DNA of 64,000 nucleotides from Candidatus Latescibacterota bacterium. Lineage in GTDB: Bacteria; Latescibacterota; UBA2968. The stretch is from the NCBI GenBank assembly GCA_965208125.1, contig OZ242320.1, forward strand, positions 2,656,001-2,720,000, in the 5' to 3' direction. Shown one piece after another: positions 19,053 through 29,357 of the stretch (positions are counted from its first letter, which is position 1; every line of letters starts with the position of its first letter). The position numbers were made by a program, and so were the translations under genes. Under the pieces are notes generated by a model. That model saw only the letters and a program-made list of their open reading frames with translations. It was not told where the DNA came from and ran no database searches.

Positions 19053-19973
19053 ATGCCCATTCCAAAGTCAGATAAGATCTGGTTTAATGGGAATTTTGTG
19101 GGTTGGGACGATGCCAAAATTCACGTGCTGTCCCATGTGGTGCATTACGGTTCGAGTGTTTTTGAAGGGATACGGTGTTATCATACCGAAAGAGGACCGG
19201 CCTGTTTCAGGCTTCGAGATCATGTGAAGAGGCTCTACGATTCGGCCAAAATTTATCGTATGGAAATTCCCTATACGCAGGATGAAGTGGAAGCGGCCAT
19301 TTTGGAGACGATTCGCATTAATAAATTGCAAGCGTGCTATATTAGACCTGTGGTTTTTCGGGGTTTTGGCGAATTGGCTGTCAATCCAATGCCATGCCCA
19401 GTTGAGGTGGTGATCGCGGTGTGGGAATGGGGAAAGTACCTGGGGCCAGAAGCTCTGGAGAAAGGCGTGTCGGTTCGGTTTGCGTCGTGGAATCGTCTGG
19501 CGCCCAATACCATGCCTTCGCTTGCTAAGGTGGCGGCAAATTACATGAACGCGCAACTGATCAAGATGGAGGCGATGGCCGATGGCTATGCCGAGGGTAT
19601 TGCCCTGGATACACAGGGTTATGTGAGCGAAGGTAGCGGTGAGAATATTTTTATGGCGAAGAATGGACAGATTTACACGCCTTCTACCGAGTCGTCTATT
19701 TTGCCCGGTATTACGCGACATTCGGTTATTACACTGGCCCGAGATCTGGGACATACGGTGACGACGCGGCCGATTCCAAGAGAGTCCCTGTATATTGCCG
19801 ACGAGGTATTTTTTACGGGTAGTGCGGCAGAGATCACGCCGATTACGGCTATTGACCACATCAAAATTGGCTGTGGTTCTCGGGGCGGGATCACAAAGAA
19901 GTTGCAGGACGCCTTTTTTGCTGTTGTGGAAGGGCGTGCGGAAGATGAGCGCGGCTGGTTGACGTATGTTTGA
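19053..19973 (+). CDS. ilvE: Branched-chain amino acid aminotransferase
   Basis: [36 protein letters not shown]. Confidence 0.95.
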   Translation: MPIPKSDKIWFNGNFVGWDDAKIHVLSHVVHYGSSVFEGIRCYHTERGPACFRLRDHVKRLYDSAKIYRMEIPYTQDEVEAAILETIRINKLQACYIRPVVFRGFGELAVNPMPCPVEVVIAVWEWGKYLGPEALEKGVSVRFASWNRLAPNTMPSLAKVAANYMNAQLIKMEAMADGYAEGIALDTQGYVSEGSGENIFMAKNGQIYTPSTESSILPGITRHSVITLARDLGHTVTTRPIPRESLYIADEVFFTGSAAEITPITAIDHIKIGCGSRGGITKKLQDAFFAVVEGRAEDERGWLTYV

Positions 19974-19999
19974 TGAAGGCCCTTTAACTGCTGATTGCT

Positions 20000-20809
20000 A
20001 TGATGATAAATAAAAAAATTGCTGTTATTGGCGCAGGCAATATGGGAGGCGCGCTCATGGCCGGTTGGATTCGGTCGGGAGAGATCGCGCCTGAAAATAT
20101 CACGGCGGTGGATTTGATTGCTGAAGTATTGGATCAGAGAAAGCGCGAGTTGGGTGTCCAGATTGCAGCGGATGCGCGCGAAGTGGTGGGCGATCAGGAT
20201 ATTGTGGTGCTGGGTGTGAAGCCCCAGTTCTGGAAGCAAACTGTTGAGGGATTTCGGGATTTGTTACGCAGTGATCAGGTGATTATTTCCTTCATGGCGG
20301 GTGTGCGAATTGCGGCATTGGAAGCGGAATTAGGTTCTCTGCCCGTTATTCGCGTGATGCCCAATGTGCTGGCGCAGGTCGGTGCGGCGGGTTCGGGGAT
20401 TTGTGCTGGAGCACATGTGGGTGAAGATCACATGAGTCTGGTAATGTCTCTGTTCAACGCGGTTGGTGCGGCGGTCGTTGTTTCAGAATCACAGATGGAC
20501 GCGGTGACTGGTCTTGCGGGCAGTGGGCCTGCATATGTGTACGCGGTAATTGACGCGCTGGCAGATGGTGGGGTGCGGTCTGGTTTGCCAAAAGATATGG
20601 CGTTGACGCTGGCGACTCAGACTGTGCTGGGGGCTGCGCGTATGGTTGCCGAGAGCGGCGAACATCCGTCGATTTTGAAAGATCAGGTGACCTCGGCGGG
20701 CGGAACTACTATTGCGGGTTTGCACGCGCTGGAACAGGGCGGTTTGCGCGCGGCTTTGATGGATGCTGTTTTGGCTGCGACAGAGCGGTCGGGTGCATTG
20801 GGGGAATGA
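20000..20809 (+). CDS. proC: Pyrroline-5-carboxylate reductase
   Basis: IGAGNMG, VKPQ, RVMPN, GSGPAY, VTSAGGTT. Confidence 0.95.
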   Translation: MMINKKIAVIGAGNMGGALMAGWIRSGEIAPENITAVDLIAEVLDQRKRELGVQIAADAREVVGDQDIVVLGVKPQFWKQTVEGFRDLLRSDQVIISFMAGVRIAALEAELGSLPVIRVMPNVLAQVGAAGSGICAGAHVGEDHMSLVMSLFNAVGAAVVVSESQMDAVTGLAGSGPAYVYAVIDALADGGVRSGLPKDMALTLATQTVLGAARMVAESGEHPSILKDQVTSAGGTTIAGLHALEQGGLRAALMDAVLAATERSGALGE

Positions 20810-20810
20810 G

Positions 20811-21413
20811 ATGATTGCGGTTGTCGATTATGGGATGGGAAATTTGCGGAGTGTTCAAAAGGCGTTTGAACACGTTGGGGCAAAGGCTGTTATTGTCGAT
20901 AGACCAGAGGATATCGATGCCGCCGAGCGCGTTGTGCTTCCCGGCGTGGGGGCATTTGGCGATGCGATGAACAATCTGAAAACCGCGGGGTTGATTGCGC
21001 CCATTGTAAGAGCTATTTCAGAAGGCCGACCCTTTTTGGGTATTTGTTTGGGGTTGCAATTGATGTTTGCCGAGAGTGAAGAAATGGGGCAGCACAGGGG
21101 GTTAGACATTTTGCCGGGAAAGGTGAAGCGTTTTCCCGAAGGGCAGCGCGTTCCGCAAATTGGGTGGAATGAAGTGCGAATTCAGCGCGAGACAGCACTT
21201 CTGCATGGCGTGCCCAACAGGTCTTATTTTTATTTTGTCCATTCTTTTTTTGTAGCGCCTGAGCGCGATGAAGATGTGGTAGGGGTGACGGATTACGGGA
21301 TTGATTATGCGTCAATTGCCGGAAATGATCGGGCTTTTGGCGTGCAGTTTCACCCCGAGAAAAGTCAGGATGCTGGCTTAAAAATTTTGAAGAATTTTGC
21401 GGAGAAGGTGTAG
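20811..21413 (+). CDS. hisH: Imidazole glycerol phosphate synthase, glutaminase subunit
   Basis: DYGMGNLRSV, LPGVGAF, GICLG, QFHPEKS. Confidence 0.95.
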   Translation: MIAVVDYGMGNLRSVQKAFEHVGAKAVIVDRPEDIDAAERVVLPGVGAFGDAMNNLKTAGLIAPIVRAISEGRPFLGICLGLQLMFAESEEMGQHRGLDILPGKVKRFPEGQRVPQIGWNEVRIQRETALLHGVPNRSYFYFVHSFFVAPERDEDVVGVTDYGIDYASIAGNDRAFGVQFHPEKSQDAGLKILKNFAEKV

Positions 21414-21414
21414 G

Positions 21415-22212
21415 ATGCTGGCCAGGCGAATTATTCCGTGTTTAGATGTGAAAAACGGTCGCAATGTGCGCGGGGTCAAGTTTTCAGCAGATAAAGATGC
21501 TGGCGATCCCATTGAACTCGCGAAACGCTATGATGCAGAAGGTGCCGATGAACTGGTGTTTTACGATATTACGGCATCGGCTGAGAAGCGCGATATTGTT
21601 GCCGAACTCGTGCAGCGTGTGTCCGAAGAGGTGTTTATTCCCTTTACGGTTGGCGGGGGCGTTCGCACGTATTATGACATTCGCACAATTATCGAAGGGG
21701 GCGCGGAAAAAGCGTCGATCAATTCGGCTGCCATACACACGCCTGAAATTATTACTCAGGGGTCTGAGAGTTTTGGATCGCAGGCAATTGTGGGGTCAAT
21801 TGATGCAATTCGACGTCCGAATCTCGATCAAACAGAAGATGTGTACTGGGAAGTGGTTATCAATGGCGGGCGCACATATACTGGAAGAGATGCCCTCGAA
21901 TGGGCTGAGGAATTGGTGGATCTCGGCGCGGGCGAACTGGTTTTGAACAGCATTGATGCAGACGGTACAAAAGATGGATACGATATTGAATTGAATCGCA
22001 TGGTTGCCGAGCGCGTGGATGTACCGATTGTAGCGTCTGGTGGTGCTGGTGGGCCAGAGGATATGTACGCGGTGTTGTCCGAAGGCAAGGCGAGCGCGGC
22101 ACTGGCTGCGTCGATTTTTCACTACAATCAATACAGTATTGCGGAAGTCAAAACGTATCTCGCAGAACGCGGGGTCCCGGTGCGTCCCAAGATCGAGATT
22201 GATTTGACATGA
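21415..22212 (+). CDS. hisF: Imidazole glycerol phosphate synthase, cyclase subunit
   Basis: [38 protein letters not shown]. Confidence 0.95.
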   Translation: MLARRIIPCLDVKNGRNVRGVKFSADKDAGDPIELAKRYDAEGADELVFYDITASAEKRDIVAELVQRVSEEVFIPFTVGGGVRTYYDIRTIIEGGAEKASINSAAIHTPEIITQGSESFGSQAIVGSIDAIRRPNLDQTEDVYWEVVINGGRTYTGRDALEWAEELVDLGAGELVLNSIDADGTKDGYDIELNRMVAERVDVPIVASGGAGGPEDMYAVLSEGKASAALAASIFHYNQYSIAEVKTYLAERGVPVRPKIEIDLT

Positions 22213-23366
22213 GTGGGACAAAAGAACACGAAATTGATCGCAGAGCTTTGTTTGCCGATGTGCGGCGGGTGGTGGTAAAATTGGGTACGCGGGTTGTGAC
22301 GGCACATGGCAACACATTGAATCTTGAGGTGATTGAACGCCTGGCCGCCGATGTGGCGTGTTTGAAAGATCGCGGGTTACAGGTGGCAATTGTGACATCT
22401 GGAGCCGTTGGTGCCGGCATGGGGCAATTGGGGTTGAGTAATCGGCCGAGGCGTTTGGCCGATTTGCAAGCTACGGCTGCGGTAGGGCAGGGTTTGGTGA
22501 TGGATGCTTACAAACGGGCATTTGAAGCACACGGTATTCTGGTGGGGCAGGTGCTGTTGACATCGGACGATCTGGACAATCGCACGCGGTATGTGAATGC
22601 GCGCAATACACTATATCAATTGTTTCGATATGGTGTTGTGCCTGTTGTCAATGAGAACGATAGCGTGGCGGTGGAAGAATTGCAATTGTCCGTGGGCGAA
22701 AATGACCGCCTATCCGCGATGGTGTCACATCTGGTGGATGCGGACATGCTGGTGTTGTTGACCGATGTCGATGGGTTGTTTTCAAGTGATCCCGCAAAAG
22801 ACCCAAACGCGCAATTAGTTCGGTTTGTGCGCGGGATGCCCAAAGAACTCTACGCAAATGTGGGGTCTTCGGGGAGTGCGTTGGGGCGCGGGGGAATGCG
22901 CACAAAACTCAGGGCAGCCGAAGCTGTGATACAAGGTGGGCAGATGGCAGTGATTGCAAATGGATGTACAAACGGTTTGCGCGAAATTTTGGATGGAGCA
23001 GATTGCGGCACGTTATTTGGGGCGGATAATCGCAGTTTGAACAGCAGGGATTTGTGGTTGGCGCATTCCCGAAAGCAAGGAGGTGTGGTTGTAGATGATG
23101 GTGCAGTGGTTGCTTTGAGCGATAGAGGCAAAAGTTTGTTGCCTTCGGGTATTATCCGCGTTATTGGCGATTTTGAAGTTGGTGAACTCATTGGCGTTGA
23201 ATCGGAACAACGCGTTGAGATCGCGCGCGGTTTAACGCGATTTGACGCCGATGATGTGCGACGTATTCGCGGAAAAAAAACGCCAGAAGTTGCAGAAATT
23301 CTCGGGATCAACAATGGCGCGGTAGTTATCCATCGGGATGATATGGTGGTGTTAAATCGGAAGTAG
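22209..23366 (+). CDS. proB: Glutamate 5-kinase with PUA domain
   Basis: VVKLGT, SGAVGAG, AAVGQ, NENDSV, GGMRTKL, SLLPSG. Confidence 0.95.
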   Translation: MSGTKEHEIDRRALFADVRRVVVKLGTRVVTAHGNTLNLEVIERLAADVACLKDRGLQVAIVTSGAVGAGMGQLGLSNRPRRLADLQATAAVGQGLVMDAYKRAFEAHGILVGQVLLTSDDLDNRTRYVNARNTLYQLFRYGVVPVVNENDSVAVEELQLSVGENDRLSAMVSHLVDADMLVLLTDVDGLFSSDPAKDPNAQLVRFVRGMPKELYANVGSSGSALGRGGMRTKLRAAEAVIQGGQMAVIANGCTNGLREILDGADCGTLFGADNRSLNSRDLWLAHSRKQGGVVVDDGAVVALSDRGKSLLPSGIIRVIGDFEVGELIGVESEQRVEIARGLTRFDADDVRRIRGKKTPEVAEILGINNGAVVIHRDDMVVLNRK

Positions 23367-23398
23367 AACAACCGACAACTGACTTTGGAGATTGTGTT

Positions 23399-23767
23399 AT
23401 GCGCTCATTTTATCGGGGACAAAGTACGGTGTTGCCGGAAAATAGTCCGAGGTTACCGGGAAGTGCAAGGCGACGTCTGAATAGATTTTTGATATTTGCA
23501 CCCGTGGTGCTTTCCCTTTATTTGTTTTTTGCAGGAGATAGTGGGATTTTCCAACTCGTAATGCGCGAGCAGCAAATTGCCGCATTAGAACGGGAAATCG
23601 AAACTATTCGCCAACAGAATGCGATGCTGGAACGCGAGACAAAACTGCTGGAAAACAATTTGGGTGAAATTGAACGCATTGCTCGCGAGCGCTATGGCAT
23701 GGTGTATCCCAATGAATCGATTTATATGGTCTATCCCAATCCACCAACAACATTGGAGTCGCCGTGA
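23399..23767 (+). CDS. Septum formation initiator (FtsB/DivIC family)
   Basis: Single TM segment, coiled coil, IERIARERYGMVYPNE. Confidence 0.85.
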   Translation: MRSFYRGQSTVLPENSPRLPGSARRRLNRFLIFAPVVLSLYLFFAGDSGIFQLVMREQQIAALEREIETIRQQNAMLERETKLLENNLGEIERIARERYGMVYPNESIYMVYPNPPTTLESP

Positions 23768-24558
23768 TTTGCCATACCGATGGGTTGGTGTTGCGCGGTT
23801 TTCGCATGAGTGAAAGCAGCAAGGTTGTGGTACTGTTTTCTCGCGATTACGGCAAATTGCGTCTGGTCGCCAAAGGGGCGCGACGGCCCAAAAGTAAATT
23901 TGGTGCGAGCCTTGAACCCATGACCTGGGGGCGTTATGTTTTTTATCGGCAGGATAATCGAGAGTTACAAATATTGAGCGAAGGCGATATTGCACACGCT
24001 TTTGAACCGGTAAAACAACACTACGGTCGAATGGCAGCCGGAAGCGCGATATGCGAATTTCTGGATCATATTACCGAAGATGAAGACCGCAATCCACTTT
24101 TGTTTAGTATTGCACTTGAAGCGATGCAATGGGTAGGGAGCATTGCTGAAATAGCGCTGGATGTACCGGTGTGGTATTTCCAGATTCGCGCTGCGGGCGC
24201 GGTGGGGTATCGCCCCCATGTGAGTGGGTGTATTCAATGTGGTGCGCGGCTCCAGGGGCACCGCCTGGGGTTTAGCCCCGGTCTGGGCGGTACTCTGTGT
24301 GACAAGCACGCAGGAGCGGGCATGCGTGTGCAGTTCGAGACGGTAAATTTTATGGCTCATCTACAGGTGGGACGTTCCGACCGCATTGATCTTTCACTCT
24401 TGCGGGGTGTAAATCGCGCAGAGGTGACGCGAATATTGCGCGCATTTTTTGATCAACACATCGAATCGCGCTATCGCCCAAAGGCACTGGATTTTTTTGA
24501 ACGCTTAAGGGCAGCAGAATCTGCGGCGCCTTATCGCTCAGGGATACAGGATTTGTGA
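23764..24558 (+). CDS. recO: DNA repair protein RecO
   Basis: ESSKVVVLFSRDYGK...AKGARRPKS, C-terminal CxxC..C. Confidence 0.92.
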   Translation: MICHTDGLVLRGFRMSESSKVVVLFSRDYGKLRLVAKGARRPKSKFGASLEPMTWGRYVFYRQDNRELQILSEGDIAHAFEPVKQHYGRMAAGSAICEFLDHITEDEDRNPLLFSIALEAMQWVGSIAEIALDVPVWYFQIRAAGAVGYRPHVSGCIQCGARLQGHRLGFSPGLGGTLCDKHAGAGMRVQFETVNFMAHLQVGRSDRIDLSLLRGVNRAEVTRILRAFFDQHIESRYRPKALDFFERLRAAESAAPYRSGIQDL

Positions 24559-25088
24559 TGAATCGATTTTTACAGCGATGGTTGGAGCGCGAAAAGCCAC
24601 TATTTCCCAAATTGCGCGCTATTCCACTATTTCGGGAACTGAACCGCCGGGAGTTGCAGACAGTGGTGCAACTTATAGAAATTCGCAAGTATTCAACAGG
24701 TGATGTTGTTTTTGAACAGAGTGCTCCGGGAGATGGGGTTTACGTGGTGTTAAAAGGATGTGTAGAAGTGGTTCAGAAGGATGGTGAAGACGGCGAGAAA
24801 GTGCTGCTTGCCCAATCTAAATCCGGTTCCTTTTTTGGTGAAACCGCACTTTTGGAAGATACGCCGAGAACGGCAGCAGCAGTGGCGGTAGAAGATACCA
24901 AATTGGCACTTTTCCCGCGAGACGCATTGTACCAGTTGGCGGAACAACGGCCGCATTTGGGGGTAAAAATTGCCATTCAACTTTCGCGGATTGTTGCGGA
25001 GCGATTGCGGCAAACCAATCACAGTTTGCAGGTTGCCCAAGATGAACTGGCGGAAAAACAAAAAGAGGACGGAGAAGACAAATTATGA
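24558..25088 (+). CDS. Cyclic nucleotide-binding domain protein
   Basis: GSFFGETALL...PRTAAA cNMP signature; no HTH. Confidence 0.85.
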   Translation: MNRFLQRWLEREKPLFPKLRAIPLFRELNRRELQTVVQLIEIRKYSTGDVVFEQSAPGDGVYVVLKGCVEVVQKDGEDGEKVLLAQSKSGSFFGETALLEDTPRTAAAVAVEDTKLALFPRDALYQLAEQRPHLGVKIAIQLSRIVAERLRQTNHSLQVAQDELAEKQKEDGEDKL

Positions 25089-26623
25089 ATGAACCCTCTT
25101 CTGGTGGCCTGGGCACTGCTCAGATTTTGCGTATTGTGATTTTTTTGGGTCTCATCGTTGTGATGATCTGGTTGCTATATACTATTCGAAGTACGCTGGT
25201 CCCTTTTTTTATTGCGTTTGTGCTGTCGTATTTTCTCATGCCCGTGGTTGATTTTCTCGAATCGCACCGCTTAAATCGTTTTATCGCCGTGGTTGTCGTC
25301 TTGCTGGCTGTTTTTGCAATTGTGGTCATTCCGCTTATTGTAGTCGCGCCTATGATTGTGCGCGGTACGGAGGATATGGTCAAGAGCATTATTGGTGAGC
25401 AGGGCACCTGGTACTGTGTGGTGGAAAATACGGGCGATGATGTGGTGAAGATTGATCGGTTTGAGAGCGAACTCGAAGATTTTAAGGTTGATGGCTTGCC
25501 CCTGGAATTGACACCCGGTGGGGGAGACGCGGAATCCGCTGCCCCACAGGCCAATCCAAAAGTGGTCGGTGGGCGAGATACACTGCGCGTGGTATTTTCT
25601 CCACAAGCGGATGAACCGCGCCAGGCGTCTTTGAGGTTGTACGGTTCGTCTGGCAGCCGGGAAGATTCTATTGTGTTGACGCTTAGAGGGAATATGGAGG
25701 ATGTGTCATCGGTTTCGGATACAATGGCTTCGGTTCAATTTGGCACATCTAAAATTTTAATCTCGGCGACAAAACATGCGTTTGGCAAATACAAGCCCAG
25801 TTCTTTGATGGCACTCAAGTCAGTTTATGAAACTTCATTCCTGCCGTGGCTGAAATCAGCTCAGACTTATCTCGAAGAAATTTTGCCAATGCTCAAGGGC
25901 CGCGATTGGGAGGAAGAAATTTTGCCAATGCTCAAGGGCCGCGATTGGATACAGGCCGCAAATCAGTACCTGCAAAACGTTGTGACAATTTTGCTTAAGG
26001 AAACTCCCGGATTGGTCGGGCAATTGCTATCGGGACTTACCTTGTTCATCATTGTGCCTTTTGCTTTATTCTTTTTTTTAGCAGAGGGCAGAACGATCAA
26101 GCGTGCGATTATCGAGCAGGTGCCAAATCGATATTTTGAACTGATATTAAATCTGTTGTATCGCATTGACAGGCAATTGGGGAGCTATATGCGCGGTATG
26201 GTGTTATCTGTAATAATTGTTTCGCTTCTGTCAAGTACCGGACTTTATATCATCGGTCTGGAACATTTTTTGGTGATTGGTCTTCTCGCTGGTTTGGCCA
26301 ATGTAATTCCCTATATGGGACCTGCGATTGGGATTATTGCCGGTGTTGTTGCCGCTGTATTGCAATATTCTGCGCTGAGTTTTGGTGTGGTTATTCCAGT
26401 GATTATAGTGTTTGCGATCGTTCAGCTCGTAGATAATGTTTTTGTCGCTCCTATGGTGGTTGGGCGCAGTGTTAATTTGCATCCTCTGCTCGTTATTTTT
26501 GCGGTGTTCGTTGGCAGCGAGTTGTTTGGCGCAGTTGGCATGTTATTGGCCGTGCCCACAACAGCGGTGATTAAAGTATCTGTGCGGACGATTTATGAGG
26601 GGTGGCGAAGTTATTCGGTTTAG
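25085..26623 (+). CDS. AI-2E family transporter with a large soluble insertion
   Basis: PFFIA..LSY.LMPVVD, IPYMGP, DNVFVAPMVVGRSVNLHPL, GMLLAVP. Confidence 0.88.
   Translation: MNEPSSGGLGTAQILRIVIFLGLIVVMIWLLYTIRSTLVPFFIAFVLSYFLMPVVDFLESHRLNRFIAVVVVLLAVFAIVVIPLIVVAPMIVRGTEDMVKSIIGEQGTWYCVVENTGDDVVKIDRFESELEDFKVDGLPLELTPGGGDAESAAPQANPKVVGGRDTLRVVFSPQADEPRQASLRLYGSSGSREDSIVLTLRGNMEDVSSVSDTMASVQFGTSKILISATKHAFGKYKPSSLMALKSVYETSFLPWLKSAQTYLEEILPMLKGRDWEEEILPMLKGRDWIQAANQYLQNVVTILLKETPGLVGQLLSGLTLFIIVPFALFFFLAEGRTIKRAIIEQVPNRYFELILNLLYRIDRQLGSYMRGMVLSVIIVSLLSSTGLYIIGLEHFLVIGLLAGLANVIPYMGPAIGIIAGVVAAVLQYSALSFGVVIPVIIVFAIVQLVDNVFVAPMVVGRSVNLHPLLVIFAVFVGSELFGAVGMLLAVPTTAVIKVSVRTIYEGWRSYSV
25874..25948 (+). 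repeat. In-frame tandem duplication (36-bp identical copies, period 39)
   Basis: GAAGAAATTTTGCCAATGCTCAAGGGCCGCGATTGG at 25874 and 25913. Confidence 0.95.
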
Positions 26624-26636
26624 GAGAGAAGGAGTA

Positions 26637-29357
26637 ATGGAGACGATGAAAGATAAAGCTTTGGAGCGTGCCTACGATCCAAAAGATATTGAAAAGACGT
26701 GGTATGATTTTTGGCACAGGAAGGGATATTTTCGCCCGGAGTTTCGCGCGACAGGCACCGCCTATACGGTGACGATTCCGCCGCCCAATGTGACGGGGGA
26801 GTTGCACATGGGCCATGCGCTGCAGCACGCGATTCACGACGCGGTGATTCGGTATAAGCGGATGCGGGGATTTCGCACGCTGTGTTTGCCCGGTACAGAT
26901 CACGCGGGTATTGGCACGCAGATGAAGGTAGAGCAAGAGATCTGGGAGAACGAAAAAAAGACGCGCCGCGATATTGGGCGTAGAGACTTGTTGAAACGGA
27001 TATGGGCCTGGCGGGAAAAATACGGTAGCACAATTTTGCGACAGTTGCGCGAGTTGGGCTGTAGTTATGACTGGTCGCGCGAGCGATTTACAATGGATGA
27101 GGAGTACGTGCGGGCGGTGTTGGAAACATTTGTGCGTTTTTACGAGAAGGGCTGGATTTATCGGGGCAAACGCATGGTGAACTGGTGCCCGCAGTGTGGC
27201 ACTGTGATTTCCGATCTCGAGGTGGAAGAAAGAGAGGTCGATAGCCATCTGTGGCATATTCGGTACAAAGGGATAGATGACGCGCCCGATGTGGTTGTGG
27301 CGACAACGCGCCCGGAAACTATGCTGGGCGATACCGGGGTGGCGGTACATCCATCCGATGTGCGATGGCGAGATGCCGTGGGTAAAATGGTGATGTTGCC
27401 ACTTATGGATCGCCCCATTCCCATTGTGGCAGATGACTATGCCGATCCAGAGATGGGGAGCGGTGCGGTGAAGGTGACTCCGGCACACGATCCCAACGAT
27501 TACGAGATAGGGCAGCGTCACGATTTATCCGAAATCGCGGTTATTGGTCTGAATGGCGAAATGACAGAAGAGGCAGGTGCTTATGTCGGGCAGGACCGGT
27601 ATGTGTGTCGCAAGGCGGTGATCGAGGCACTCGACAATTTGGGTTTGATGGAAAAAATTGAGGGTTATACCCACGCGGTGCCTCATCACGATCGCTGTGG
27701 CACGGTGATTGAACCGATGCCTATGGAGCAGTGGTTTGTGGCAATGCGCGATTTGGCCGATTTGATTTTGCCCCTGATGCGCGAGAAGAAGATTGATTAT
27801 GTGCCGGATCGGTTTCGGGAATATTCGATTGAATGGCTGGAGAATATCCGCGACTGGTGTATTTCGAGGCAACTGTGGTGGGGACACCGCATTCCGGTGT
27901 GGACGTGTGAAAATTGTAGTGAGGTGATTGTAAATGCAGAGCCACCCGAGGTGTGTACAACGTGTGGCAGTCAGCAGTTGACGCAAGACCCCGATGTGCT
28001 CGATACGTGGTTTTCCTCGGCGCTGTGGCCTTTTGCAACGCTGGGTTGGCCCGAAGATACAGAGGATTTGAAGCTGTTTCACCCGACGGATTTGATGATT
28101 ACGGGACGGGATATTTTGTATTTGTGGGTGATTCGGATGATTATGACGGCTGTTGAATTTGTGGATGAGATTCCGTTCCGGACGGTGCTGGTTCATCCCA
28201 CTGTGCAAACGCGCGATGGCAAGCGCATGAGCAAGTCGCTGGGTACGGGAATTGATCCACGCGAATTGATTGACCGCTATGGTGCCGATGCCACGCGCCT
28301 GTCGCTTTTGTATCAATGCGGCAGTTCGCAGGATATTCGGTTTGATGCCGATGTGAAGGATAATAAGTTGCAAGATTCGCCCATCGCAGAAATGTGCCGC
28401 AATTTTTGCAACAAAATTTGGAATGCCGCGCGGTTTGTACAAATGAATCTGGACGATCGCGACATCCGCGATGTGGCGTTGCAGACGGTACCCGAGCCGA
28501 TTACAGACCTTTCTGATCGGTGGATTTTGAGTTTGTACAATCGCACGGTGTTACAGGTTACAGAGGCTTTGGAGGCGTATCGCTTTGACGAGGCGGCGCG
28601 CGCGTTGTACGATTTTGTGTGGAGCGCGTATTGCGATTGGTATGTGGAGATGGCAAAAGTGCGCCTGTATGGCGATGATCAAACCGCCCGTCAAACCGCG
28701 CAGTCGATTTTGTGTGTCGTGTTTGAGGGCACGTTGCGCCTGTTGCATCCCGTTGCACCTTTTATTTCTGAGGCGTTGTGGCAGACCTTTCCACGCGAGG
28801 GCGAGGCACTTATTGCCGCGCCCTGGCCCAAATGCGACAAAATGCAATTTGATAAAGCAGCGGAGCGAGAAATGGCTTTGATGCAGGATGTGGTGGGTGC
28901 TGTGCGCCATATTCGAGGTACGATGCGTATTCCGCCGGGCAAGCGCGTGGATGTGGTGTGTAAGACGGGTTCAGAGGAGGCGCACGCGATTTTGACGTCT
29001 GTCCAGGGCTATATGAAGGCGTTGGGGCGCATTGAAAATTTGACTCTTGGCGCGGCTTTAGAACGCCCGGTAGCGTCCGCGAGTGCTGTGGTTGGCGATG
29101 TGGAAATTTTTGTGCCTTTGGCTGGCGTGATTGATTTCACTGTGGAACGTCAGAGATTGGAGAAGGAGATTGGGGGATTGGAAAAGGCACTGGGGGGATT
29201 GGAGAAGAAGTTGAGCAATGCGGGTTTTTTGAACAATGCCCCCGCAGAGATCGTGGCAAAAGAGCGCGAACGCGAACGCGAGTATCGGGAGACGCTGTCG
29301 AAGTTTCGGGAAAATCTGGCTGTACTTTCAGAGGGAGATTCAAATGTCGAGCGTTAG
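26637..29357 (+). CDS. valS: Valine--tRNA ligase
   Basis: PPPNVTGELHMGHA, DWCISRQLWWGH, DTWFSS, RMSKS, C-terminal coiled coil. Confidence 0.97.
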   Translation: METMKDKALERAYDPKDIEKTWYDFWHRKGYFRPEFRATGTAYTVTIPPPNVTGELHMGHALQHAIHDAVIRYKRMRGFRTLCLPGTDHAGIGTQMKVEQEIWENEKKTRRDIGRRDLLKRIWAWREKYGSTILRQLRELGCSYDWSRERFTMDEEYVRAVLETFVRFYEKGWIYRGKRMVNWCPQCGTVISDLEVEEREVDSHLWHIRYKGIDDAPDVVVATTRPETMLGDTGVAVHPSDVRWRDAVGKMVMLPLMDRPIPIVADDYADPEMGSGAVKVTPAHDPNDYEIGQRHDLSEIAVIGLNGEMTEEAGAYVGQDRYVCRKAVIEALDNLGLMEKIEGYTHAVPHHDRCGTVIEPMPMEQWFVAMRDLADLILPLMREKKIDYVPDRFREYSIEWLENIRDWCISRQLWWGHRIPVWTCENCSEVIVNAEPPEVCTTCGSQQLTQDPDVLDTWFSSALWPFATLGWPEDTEDLKLFHPTDLMITGRDILYLWVIRMIMTAVEFVDEIPFRTVLVHPTVQTRDGKRMSKSLGTGIDPRELIDRYGADATRLSLLYQCGSSQDIRFDADVKDNKLQDSPIAEMCRNFCNKIWNAARFVQMNLDDRDIRDVALQTVPEPITDLSDRWILSLYNRTVLQVTEALEAYRFDEAARALYDFVWSAYCDWYVEMAKVRLYGDDQTARQTAQSILCVVFEGTLRLLHPVAPFISEALWQTFPREGEALIAAPWPKCDKMQFDKAAEREMALMQDVVGAVRHIRGTMRIPPGKRVDVVCKTGSEEAHAILTSVQGYMKALGRIENLTLGAALERPVASASAVVGDVEIFVPLAGVIDFTVERQRLEKEIGGLEKALGGLEKKLSNAGFLNNAPAEIVAKEREREREYRETLSKFRENLAVLSEGDSNVER

